Shown piece after piece: positions 39,282 through 47,547 of a stretch of 64,000 nt of DNA (position 1 is the stretch's first letter; every line of letters starts with the position of its first letter). Source of the DNA: Candidatus Staskawiczbacteria bacterium (GTDB taxonomy: Bacteria; Patescibacteriota; Minisyncoccia; Minisyncoccales; Staskawiczbacteraceae). The stretch spans positions 9,823 to 73,822 of the forward strand of contig JAHFKW010000001.1 in assembly GCA_023245145.1 (NCBI GenBank), given 5' to 3'. The translations under genes were made by a program, and so were the position numbers. A model generated the notes under the pieces. It worked only from the letters and a program-made list of their open reading frames with translations. It was not told the DNA's origin and ran no database searches.

Positions 39282-39799
39282 TATTTTAATAATTCTTTGA
39301 CCATCTCGCTTACCACCTTTCCATCCGCCTTGCCTTTTATTTTTGGATTTAATTCGGCCATCACTTTGCCCATGCTTTGCCCCGCGGAGCCAGCAGGCGA
39401 AGTGGGGTCCTTCATTACTTTATCAATAGCTTCTGTAACTAGTACTTTAATCTCCTCAACCGACAACTGCTCGGGCAAATATTTTTGCAAAATGGCAATC
39501 TCATTTTTTTCAGACTCGGCTAATTCTGGTCGGCCACCTTGCAAATACAACGCAATCGCATCCCTCCTTTTTTTAATTTCACTGCTTAATACGCTGATTA
39601 TTTCATCATCACCTAATTCAGATTCAGCCAACAAAGCTTCCTCCGTTTTGGCCGGATCATCTTTTGAAATTTTGTAGCGCTTTTCCGTTTGCTTAGCCTG
39701 AACCGACGCCATTACCCCACGCAAAACCGTAGAAGTAAGCTGATCCTTAGCCTTCATCGCCACCACCACATCACTTTTGATTTGTTGTTTTAAAGACAT
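39281..39799 (-). CDS. GatB/YqeY domain protein
   Basis: AMKAKD, YLPEQLS, MGKVM, GKADG. Confidence 0.92.
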   Translation of the reverse strand: MSLKQQIKSDVVVAMKAKDQLTSTVLRGVMASVQAKQTEKRYKISKDDPAKTEEALLAESELGDDEIISVLSSEIKKRRDAIALYLQGGRPELAESEKNEIAILQKYLPEQLSVEEIKVLVTEAIDKVMKDPTSPAGSAGQSMGKVMAELNPKIKGKADGKVVSEMVKELLK

Positions 39800-39845
39800 T
39801 TTATCTAATTTCTAATGATTGAAAATTTAATGAAAATTGAAAATT

Positions 39846-40079
39846 TTAATAACGCCCCATTTTTACCTTCGGCTTATCTAATTTATCTTGCTTGATTTTT
39901 TCGGCCTTCAAAATAACCCTCCGCACGGCTGATCTCTTCTTGGCTAACTCTGACTTCGCTTTTTTGTAAAACTGTTTTCCGCGTACTTCCATCAAAATAC
40001 CACTGCCCCTGACCGTTTTGGTAAAACGATGCACTAAATTTTGCGAACTCTCTTTTTCTTTTTTATTTACCTGAAGCAT
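39846..40079 (-). CDS. rpsU: 30S ribosomal protein bS21-like
   Basis: Basic 77 aa, ES..L..RF...SGIL.E; rpsU-yqeY synteny. Confidence 0.7.
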   Translation of the reverse strand: MLQVNKKEKESSQNLVHRFTKTVRGSGILMEVRGKQFYKKAKSELAKKRSAVRRVILKAEKIKQDKLDKPKVKMGRY

Positions 40080-40098
40080 AATTGTAATTTGTGATTTT

Positions 40099-41388
40099 TT
40101 ATTTGTTTATTTTCGACTTCATCTCTTCCACGACCTTGTCTAATTTAATTTCTTTTTGAACACCGCTATCCATATCACGAAGTGTAATAAAATCTTCCAG
40201 TGCTTCTTTTTGTCCAAAAATTAACACCCACCGAATCCCCATTTTATTGGCCATACCCAATTGACTACGCAATGAATCCTTGGAAAAAGATTCGGCCACC
40301 GGAATTTTCGCTGATCTGAATTCTTCAAACAATTTTAAACTTTTTCTTTTGGCCAATTGACCCAATTGCGCCAAAAATATTTGTGCTCCTCCTTCTTTTT
40401 TCTTGTCCACCTTCACTTCTTTTTCCGCCATCAACTCCATAATCCTGGAAATCCCAATCCCCACCCCACAGGCCGGGGTATCTTTACCCCCCAATAATTT
40501 AACCAAACCATCGTATCTTCCCCCCGAAGCCAAGGCACCATACTGCATCCCCACCTCACTTTTTTCTGAAATTTCAAAAACGGTTTTAGTGTAATAATCC
40601 AACCCACGAACCAAATAAGGATTTATGGTGTAAGGTAATTCCAATTCATCCAAAAATTCCAGTACTTGCTTAAAATGGGCGTGACACTGTTCACATAAAT
40701 GATCTACAATTTGCGGTGCGCCGGCTTTAACTTGCTGACATTTTTCTTCTTTACAATCCAAGAGACGCAGCGGATTTTCTTTTAATCTTCGCTGACAATC
40801 AGAGCATAAAGAAGATCTTCGGGTTTTGAAATATCCGGTTAAAATCTTTTTAAAATACGGACGGCATTCAGAATCTCCGATACTATTTACCTCAATGCTG
40901 ATATTTTTAAAACTCAAATCTTTCAAAATATCATAACTCATCTGAATAATCTGTCCGTCCACCGAAGCATTTTTCTCTCCCAACACCTCAATACTGGCCT
41001 GCCAAAACTGTCGGTATCTGCCTTTTTGTGGCCGATCGTGCCTAAAACACGGTCCCGAGGCCCATAATTTTACGGGTTGTGGCAAAGTAAACATGCCGTG
41101 CTCGATATAGCTTCTGACAATTCCGGGAGTGTGTTCAGGACGCAAAGCCACCAAATCCTGACCCTTGGTTCTAAAAGCGTACATTTCTTTTTCTACGACA
41201 TCGGAAGTTAATCCAGCACTTTTGGAAAACACTTCTGCCGTTTCCAAAATTGGCGTTTCAATTTTTTGGAAGCTGTAATAATTAGCAATGCCTTCCACCG
41301 ATTTTTGCACCTTCTTAAAATAGGCCTGATTTTCGGGCAAAATATCGTGCATGCCAGCTAATGTTTGTAATTTTAATTTTTGAGTCAT
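40099..41388 (-). CDS. hisS: histidyl-tRNA synthetase
   Basis: LRPE, RPQKGRYRQF, LVRGLDYY, GGRYD. Confidence 0.97.
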   Translation of the reverse strand: MTQKLKLQTLAGMHDILPENQAYFKKVQKSVEGIANYYSFQKIETPILETAEVFSKSAGLTSDVVEKEMYAFRTKGQDLVALRPEHTPGIVRSYIEHGMFTLPQPVKLWASGPCFRHDRPQKGRYRQFWQASIEVLGEKNASVDGQIIQMSYDILKDLSFKNISIEVNSIGDSECRPYFKKILTGYFKTRRSSLCSDCQRRLKENPLRLLDCKEEKCQQVKAGAPQIVDHLCEQCHAHFKQVLEFLDELELPYTINPYLVRGLDYYTKTVFEISEKSEVGMQYGALASGGRYDGLVKLLGGKDTPACGVGIGISRIMELMAEKEVKVDKKKEGGAQIFLAQLGQLAKRKSLKLFEEFRSAKIPVAESFSKDSLRSQLGMANKMGIRWVLIFGQKEALEDFITLRDMDSGVQKEIKLDKVVEEMKSKINK

Positions 41389-41393
41389 ATATA

Positions 41394-41981
41394 TTAGTAA
41401 GCTGGATCAAGGATTAAAGAAACATGTGAAACGGGAAAAAGTCTGAAAACGGCTCGGCCAATAATGTCATTTTTGGGCAAAATTCCCCAGCGACGTGAAT
41501 CGTAAGAATATGGTCGATTGTCTCCCATTACAAAATAATCATCTTTGGCTAAGGTCAAATGCACACTACCGTCAGTAAAAAACCCGGGTAAATACTTTTT
41601 TTCATCCAGCACTATATTTTTTCCATCTTTGGAAACGGTAATTTTCCCATCGGTAATATCCAATGTTTCTCCGGGCAGACCAATCACCCTTTTAATAAAT
41701 CGCTGGGTTACATCCAAAGGATATTTAAAAACCACCACATCTCCCCTGGCAGGACTGGAAAATCGGTAAGAAAATTCGTCAACAATTAGGTAGTCCCCGG
41801 AGTGAAAATTGGGCACCATGCTGTCACCCTTGACAATAAACGGCTGAAACAAGAAATACCGAATAGGCAGTACAATTACCGCTGCAACAATAAGGATTTT
41901 TAGAATTTCCCAAACCAAAAGAGCATACTTTTTAAATACGCTTTGGTTTTTTGGGACTATTACGGGAGTATTTTCATCCAT
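41394..41981 (-). CDS. lepB: signal peptidase I
   Basis: GDSMVP, FIKRVIGLPGE, GDNR..S.DSR. Confidence 0.95.
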   Translation of the reverse strand: MDENTPVIVPKNQSVFKKYALLVWEILKILIVAAVIVLPIRYFLFQPFIVKGDSMVPNFHSGDYLIVDEFSYRFSSPARGDVVVFKYPLDVTQRFIKRVIGLPGETLDITDGKITVSKDGKNIVLDEKKYLPGFFTDGSVHLTLAKDDYFVMGDNRPYSYDSRRWGILPKNDIIGRAVFRLFPVSHVSLILDPAY

Positions 41982-42025
41982 AATAGCTTATTTCTAGCAT
42001 ACTTTTTAGATAAATGCAAGAGGTA

Positions 42026-42067
42026 AAAAATAAGAAAGGGTCGCGCCATAGCCGTGACGCGACCCTT
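42026..42067 (-). terminator. intrinsic terminator
   Basis: AAGGGTCGCG...CGCGACCCTT followed by T-rich tract on - strand. Confidence 0.7.
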
Positions 42068-42102
42068 ATTTGGTGGGCCGTTGAAATGAATGAAGAGATG
42101 TG

Positions 42103-42348
42103 TTAAGCGACCAAGGATTCATCGCGCCGTAGCTGCGGGCGACTTGTCCGGCGACGGTGACCCTTTCTCAATAGATTCAGAACCACATGGTCGTGGGTTG
42201 CCAGGCCAGTAAAGGCTTTTTGGAAAGCCAAACGGACTGGCTTGGCCTTGTGGACCAAAGGACAATTCTTTTTCGCCGCCTCCTTTCTGATGAAATCTGC
42301 CTCGTGTGGCTTGAAATCTTCCACCTTCGAAATGACCCTTCTCGACAT
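42103..42348 (-). CDS. small basic hypothetical protein
   Basis: GGGAG SD before ATG; promoter upstream and terminator downstream. Confidence 0.55.
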   Translation of the reverse strand: MSRRVISKVEDFKPHEADFIRKEAAKKNCPLVHKAKPVRLAFQKAFTGLATHDHVVLNLLRKGHRRRTSRPQLRRDESLVA

Positions 42349-42558
42349 GTCTCACTCCCGAAAATCCTTGTTTGAGAAATGCGGAAAGAACACAATGCCT
42401 CTTCTCTGTTCTAAATTTCAAAGATCAGTAATACGCCACCTTGGCTAGAGAAGGTCAACTTACTGCTGACCTAGATAGTGGGACTAAGCCCTAATCACCT
42501 TTTCCTTTCTGCGTTGGGATTAACCAATGTACCCACCAACGCTTGGCGAACTTTTTCA

Positions 42559-42586
42559 ATTATATCTCTTTCAAAATCCGTGTCAA
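42559..42586 (-). promoter_or_regulatory. sigma70 promoter with long structured leader
   Basis: TTGACA-N16-TATAAT. Confidence 0.7.
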
Positions 42587-42605
42587 TAGTTTAGAATGTG
42601 GATAT

Positions 42606-43136
42606 ATGATAATTATTGTCGGCCTGGGCAACCCGGGCGAAAAATTCAACCACACCCCTCACAATGCCGGTTTTGAAGCTTTGGATTTTTTCATGCAAAA
42701 AAATAATTTCCCGAACTTTGAATTTTCAAAAAAGTATAATTCTCTTATTTCTGAAAGTAACGATGTGATATTGGTAAAACCACAAACATTTATGAATGAA
42801 AGCGGACAGGCAGTTTCAAGTTTCAAAATTTCCCGCTCAGCGGGACAAGTTTCAAGTTTAATCGTTGTTCACGATGACATTGATGTAGCCTTGGGAAAAC
42901 TAAAAATTTCAAAGGACAGTGGCGCGGGTGGCCACAAAGGAGTCCAATCAATTATTGATCATTTGGGAACCAAAGATTTTACCAGAATAAAAATTGGCGT
43001 TGAGACTGACCCAACCCAAAAAGCCGAAGATGTAGTTTTAAAAAAGTTTTCCGCCCAAGAATATGAAATCTTACAAAGCACATTTCCATCTATCGCAGAA
43101 GCCCTAGAAAAAACCATGGATGAATCAACCCCATAA
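42606..43136 (+). CDS. pth: peptidyl-tRNA hydrolase
   Basis: IVGLGNPG, HNAGF, KPQTFMNESG, VHDDID, GGHKG. Confidence 0.96.
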   Translation: MIIIVGLGNPGEKFNHTPHNAGFEALDFFMQKNNFPNFEFSKKYNSLISESNDVILVKPQTFMNESGQAVSSFKISRSAGQVSSLIVVHDDIDVALGKLKISKDSGAGGHKGVQSIIDHLGTKDFTRIKIGVETDPTQKAEDVVLKKFSAQEYEILQSTFPSIAEALEKTMDESTP

Positions 43137-45099
43137 TATCAACCAATTGTTAATTGTCTCCGTCACCCCCTACTTTTTGGAGAAGCAGGTTTTTTGGTTT
43201 CAGGAACATCTGCAAGAAATTTTAGACTCAACCAAAACCCAGCAGTTTTTTCAAGACAATGTCATATTTTTAAAAGCAGGGCAAAAGGTAGAATTTATGC
43301 AAATCTTAAGAAAATTGGATGAAATGGGCTACGAAAAGGTGTTTAAGGTTGAAAATCCAGGCGAATTTTCGCAAAAAGGCGGGGTATTGGAAATATTCCC
43401 CATTAATATGTTCAACGCCGTGCGCTTGGATTTTTTGGGAAACACCTTGGAAGTAATTCAGTCGCTAGATATTAAAATAGAAGATGAAAAGAAATCTCGC
43501 GAACTATTAACCAAAAAACTAAAATCCCAAAAACTATTTTCTGATTTAAAAAATTTAAAACCCGGCGATTATTTGGTTCATTTAGACCATGGCGTAGCAA
43601 AGTTCACCGGCATAGAAAAAGTTGTAATCGCCAACGAGAAAACAAATATAAAAACAGAAGAAGAATACTATGTGCTTGAATATGCCCAAAATGACAAACT
43701 GTTTGTACCGTTTGGCTTAGAGAGAAAACTATCGCGCTATGTTGGTTTTGCTGACCCTGCCATTTCACGCTTAGCTTCAGCTATCTGGCAAATTACTAAA
43801 CGAAAAATCAGAGAGGACGTTGAAAAACTAGCTAAAGAACTTTTAGCATTATACAGCCAAAAAGAAATGGTCATCCGAGCGCCATATGCAAATGACACAG
43901 AGCTAGAAAAACAAATACTTGCGGGGTTTGCATATCAAGAAACCCCCGATCAACTACAGGCCATGGAAGACATAAAAAAAGATTTGGCCTTAGAAAAACC
44001 CATGGACCGCATTATTTGCGGAGATGTGGGATTTGGTAAAACTGAAATTGCCATCCGCACAGCATTTTTGGCACTTATTAGCGGACGCCAGTGTGCCGTT
44101 ATTTGCCCTACCACTATTTTAGCCTCACAACACTACGAAAACTTTAAAAAGCGTTTTGAAAAACTCCCATGCAAAGTGGCTTTGCTTTCTCGATTACAAA
44201 CCGTCACCGAACAAAAAAAGATACTGCAAGAAATAAAAGAAGGAAAGATTGATATTATTATCGGAACGCACCGCGTTTTATCAAACGATATTGAATTTAA
44301 AAACTTACAATTACTTATTATTGATGATGAACAACGGTTTGGCGTCAAACAAAAAGAAAAATTGCGCCAAAAAAATCCCTCGCTGGACTTATTAAGCTTG
44401 TCAGCCACTCCCATTCCCCGCACTATTTACTTGGCACTTTCCAGTTTTAAGAATATTAGTTTAATGCAAACAGCCCCACAGGGCAGAAGTGCTATTCATA
44501 CAAACATTCAACCCTATAATAAAAACCGCATTAAGGAAGCGATAGAAACCGAACTGGCGCGCAAAGGCCAAGTATATTTTTTACATAACAGGATTGAAAC
44601 CATAGAAAAAACAAAAACTGGTTTGGCAAAACTAATACCTGACGTTACTATTGGTGCCATTCATGGCCGAATGAATGAAAAAGAAGTCATGAAAATAATG
44701 GCAGACTTTACCGCCGGTAACATTAACATACTTGTTGCCACTACTATTATTGAAAACGGCATAGACTTACCCAATGTAAACACGATTATTATAGAAGACG
44801 CCAGTCGCCTTGGACTTTCACAAGCTTATCAAATTCGTGGACGTGTAGGCAGAAGCCATATCAAAAGTTTCGCCTATTTGTTTTACCCTAAAAAGTTAAC
44901 GCCTATTGCGCGCGAACGACTAAATGCCCTTAGCCAAGCCAAAGAACTTGGTGCAGGCTACCAAATTGCATTACGTGATATGGAAATTCGTGGCGCCGGA
45001 AATATTTTGGGACGGGAACAATCGGGCAGTATCAATAAAATTGGTTTGAATTTGTATTGCCAAATGCTGGCCGAGTCGGTTGAGAAAATGAGAGGATAG
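43120..45099 (+). CDS. mfd: shortened transcription-repair coupling factor
   Basis: RID (GDYLVHLDHG), GDVGFGKTE, DDEQRFG, QIRGRVGR, RDMEIRGAGNILG. Confidence 0.88.
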   Translation: MNQPHNINQLLIVSVTPYFLEKQVFWFQEHLQEILDSTKTQQFFQDNVIFLKAGQKVEFMQILRKLDEMGYEKVFKVENPGEFSQKGGVLEIFPINMFNAVRLDFLGNTLEVIQSLDIKIEDEKKSRELLTKKLKSQKLFSDLKNLKPGDYLVHLDHGVAKFTGIEKVVIANEKTNIKTEEEYYVLEYAQNDKLFVPFGLERKLSRYVGFADPAISRLASAIWQITKRKIREDVEKLAKELLALYSQKEMVIRAPYANDTELEKQILAGFAYQETPDQLQAMEDIKKDLALEKPMDRIICGDVGFGKTEIAIRTAFLALISGRQCAVICPTTILASQHYENFKKRFEKLPCKVALLSRLQTVTEQKKILQEIKEGKIDIIIGTHRVLSNDIEFKNLQLLIIDDEQRFGVKQKEKLRQKNPSLDLLSLSATPIPRTIYLALSSFKNISLMQTAPQGRSAIHTNIQPYNKNRIKEAIETELARKGQVYFLHNRIETIEKTKTGLAKLIPDVTIGAIHGRMNEKEVMKIMADFTAGNINILVATTIIENGIDLPNVNTIIIEDASRLGLSQAYQIRGRVGRSHIKSFAYLFYPKKLTPIARERLNALSQAKELGAGYQIALRDMEIRGAGNILGREQSGSINKIGLNLYCQMLAESVEKMRG

Positions 45100-45121
45100 A
45101 AGATTTGTGATATAATTGAGA

Positions 45122-45991
45122 ATGGAAAGCGAAATTAAAACCGTAAAAATAACCGACAAACAGTACCCGGCGTTACTCAAAAAGATTACCGGTGCGCCGA
45201 AATTATTATATTATCGTGGAGTCTTACCCACCAACAAAGAGAAATGTTTTGCGGTAGTAGGAACCCGCCGGCCATCAGATTACGGACAACAAGCTACTCT
45301 GCAAATTACCAAAGAATTATTAGACGCACGCGTAATTATTGTTTCAGGTATGGCACCGGGCATTGATACCTTTGCCCATCAAGCCTGTGTGGAGCGCGGC
45401 TCACGCACCATTGCCGTTTTGGGCACAGGTTTAGATGAAAAGAGCATCTATCCAAAAACAAATTTGGAACTGTCACGACAAATCATCAAACACGGCGGTT
45501 GCTTAATTTCAGAATATCCGCCCGGTACCCGCGCCACCAAATTTACCTTTCCGGCCAGAAACAGAATTGTTTCGGCTTTATCCCTTGGAGTATTAGTCAT
45601 TGAAGCCAAAGAAAAGTCGGGTTCGCTTATTACCGCCAACCTCGCCATTCAACAAAAAAAGAAGCTGTTTGCCGTTCCTGGCTCCATTTACACTTTAAAT
45701 TCCAAAGGCCCCAACCAATTAATTAAAGCCGGTGCCACGCTGGTAGAAAGCGCTCAAGACATTTTTGACGTGCTAGATATTGATCCAAAAAAAGTTTTGC
45801 TAAAAGCACCTGCCGCGGAAAATGCACAAGAAGAACTCATTTTTGACGCTCTGCAAGAAGAAAGTTTATACATTGATGCCATCATCAAAAAAACCAACTT
45901 GTCAGCACCCATTGTCGGCTCCACCCTTGCCTTAATGGAAATTTCAGGTAAGATACGAAACTTAGGAGGGAATACGTATTCACTAAATTAA
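45122..45991 (+). CDS. dprA: DNA-processing protein DprA
   Basis: AVVGTR, VSGMAPGID, FPARNRIVS. Confidence 0.95.
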   Translation: MESEIKTVKITDKQYPALLKKITGAPKLLYYRGVLPTNKEKCFAVVGTRRPSDYGQQATLQITKELLDARVIIVSGMAPGIDTFAHQACVERGSRTIAVLGTGLDEKSIYPKTNLELSRQIIKHGGCLISEYPPGTRATKFTFPARNRIVSALSLGVLVIEAKEKSGSLITANLAIQQKKKLFAVPGSIYTLNSKGPNQLIKAGATLVESAQDIFDVLDIDPKKVLLKAPAAENAQEELIFDALQEESLYIDAIIKKTNLSAPIVGSTLALMEISGKIRNLGGNTYSLN

Positions 45992-46003
45992 AGTCATAAA
46001 GCC

Positions 46004-46588
46004 ATGATTGAAGTTGAGAAAAAATTCGTTCTAACTGCAGAGCAAGAAAAAGCACTTATTGAAGGCGCCGAGTTTTTGGGTGAAAAAAAGTTCACCGATA
46101 TCTACTATGATGATGCAAAGTTTTCTTTAACAACCAATGATATTTGGCTACGAGCAAGAGATGATCGATTTGAACTAAAGATACCAACGGATAGGTTGGC
46201 CGAAAAAAGAATTACAGATCAGTATAGAGAATTGAATACAGATAGTGATATATTAGAATACTTTAAAGCAGGACCCGATGAAGTTCTAGTGGATTTTTTA
46301 CACAAGAAGGGATATGAACCGTTTTGCAAGTTAATAACAACGAGAAGAAAGTATAAAAAGGATGGATTTTCCATAGATTTAGACAGTGTTGATTTTGGTT
46401 ATACTATTGCCGAAGTAGAGTATATAGTAGAAAACGAAGAAAAACTAAAAGAAGTTGAAGATAGCATCATGATGTTTGCAAAGAAATATAATATAATTTC
46501 AGCAGGTGTTCGTTATGGAAAATTGATTGAGTATCTAAAAAGAAACAATCCAAAACATTTTCAAGCAATCGTGCAATCGTGGAAGTAA
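46004..46588 (+). CDS. CYTH domain protein
   Basis: EVEKKF (ExExK), DIYYD, WLRAR, AEVE. Confidence 0.88.
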   Translation: MIEVEKKFVLTAEQEKALIEGAEFLGEKKFTDIYYDDAKFSLTTNDIWLRARDDRFELKIPTDRLAEKRITDQYRELNTDSDILEYFKAGPDEVLVDFLHKKGYEPFCKLITTRRKYKKDGFSIDLDSVDFGYTIAEVEYIVENEEKLKEVEDSIMMFAKKYNIISAGVRYGKLIEYLKRNNPKHFQAIVQSWK

Positions 46589-46597
46589 AAATAACTT

Positions 46598-46730
46598 AAA
46601 AAATCCATCAATAAAGATGAATTTCTTAATGCAAAGGCCGGTGGAGTTGCACATAACGAAAATAACACCTCCATTGCTGAAGATGTTATTTTCGGTCCCT
46701 TGCGGGATGTGATTCACTAGCTGATACCTG
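46598..46730 (-). ncRNA. candidate structured small RNA (family not recognised)
   Basis: Own promoter, two GCAA-capped hairpins (17-bp and 4-bp), terminal terminator hairpin plus T6. Confidence 0.6.
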
Positions 46731-46735
46731 CTTCC

Positions 46736-46763
46736 ATTATAGCAAATCAAAAGCCCTTGTCAA
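46736..46763 (-). promoter_or_regulatory. consensus sigma70 promoter
   Basis: TTGACA-N16-TATAAT with TG extension. Confidence 0.8.
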
Positions 46764-46809
46764 TAGCGCGCATTAATAGCATAATTAGCAATTAATTAGC
46801 TTAAAAACT

Positions 46810-47541
46810 ATGGCAGAAACACCATTACAACAACCAGACAATTTGAAAGCTCCCGAAACAGAAATTGTGCCAACAAAGTTAGTTACTGCAGAAAATGAAA
46901 AGGGAGAAAAGTCTGTCCTAGAATCCATTCTTGCTCGAACTCCATCAAAAGAAGAAACCCACCACATAGACGCTCTTATAGAAAATACTAAATTTTTACA
47001 CTTTGATACTGCATACAGTACTTTTTGGACAAAAAGAAATCTCGATCCCATTAAGGAAAAACTCAATAATAGTTTACTCTTGGATCTGGGAGGAGGCAGT
47101 GGTGAATTAAGAAAAACGCTTGAGAACATGGAAATTAACGCGAAGCACTATATAAATGTTGATAACTTTCGCGGTTATTTTAAATCAGCAACAGACCAAT
47201 TAGTTATAAACAAAAAAACTTTTCGCATACAAAAAGTACCCACAGAAAGGTGCGACGCCATTAATGTTGATGCAGATATGTTAGAATTTTTACTTTATAC
47301 CCAAAGTGAATCCATTGATAACATATCAATTAATGGTATCGATGAAGACATTGTCGATAATCACGAGTATCTTGAAGAGGTGACTAAGCAAGTATTAAGA
47401 GTTTTAAAACCTGGAGGTATTGTGTTTGGCATACAGGGAAGTCCTCTAAATATAATAACGTTAAAACACAGCAAAGAGATTAATACTATATTAGATAGTG
47501 TCTATGGGAGTATGATTTTCCAAAAGAAAGTAAAAGAATAA
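46810..47541 (+). CDS. class I SAM methyltransferase-like protein
   Basis: LLDLGGGSG and LRVLKPGG motifs. Confidence 0.6.
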   Translation: MAETPLQQPDNLKAPETEIVPTKLVTAENEKGEKSVLESILARTPSKEETHHIDALIENTKFLHFDTAYSTFWTKRNLDPIKEKLNNSLLLDLGGGSGELRKTLENMEINAKHYINVDNFRGYFKSATDQLVINKKTFRIQKVPTERCDAINVDADMLEFLLYTQSESIDNISINGIDEDIVDNHEYLEEVTKQVLRVLKPGGIVFGIQGSPLNIITLKHSKEINTILDSVYGSMIFQKKVKE

Positions 47542-47547
47542 AAAACT

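Noticed and set aside
46535-46750. 71-aa - strand ORF over the ncRNA candidate
   Set aside because: Its start lies inside the promoter spacer and it runs through the terminator into the CYTH gene
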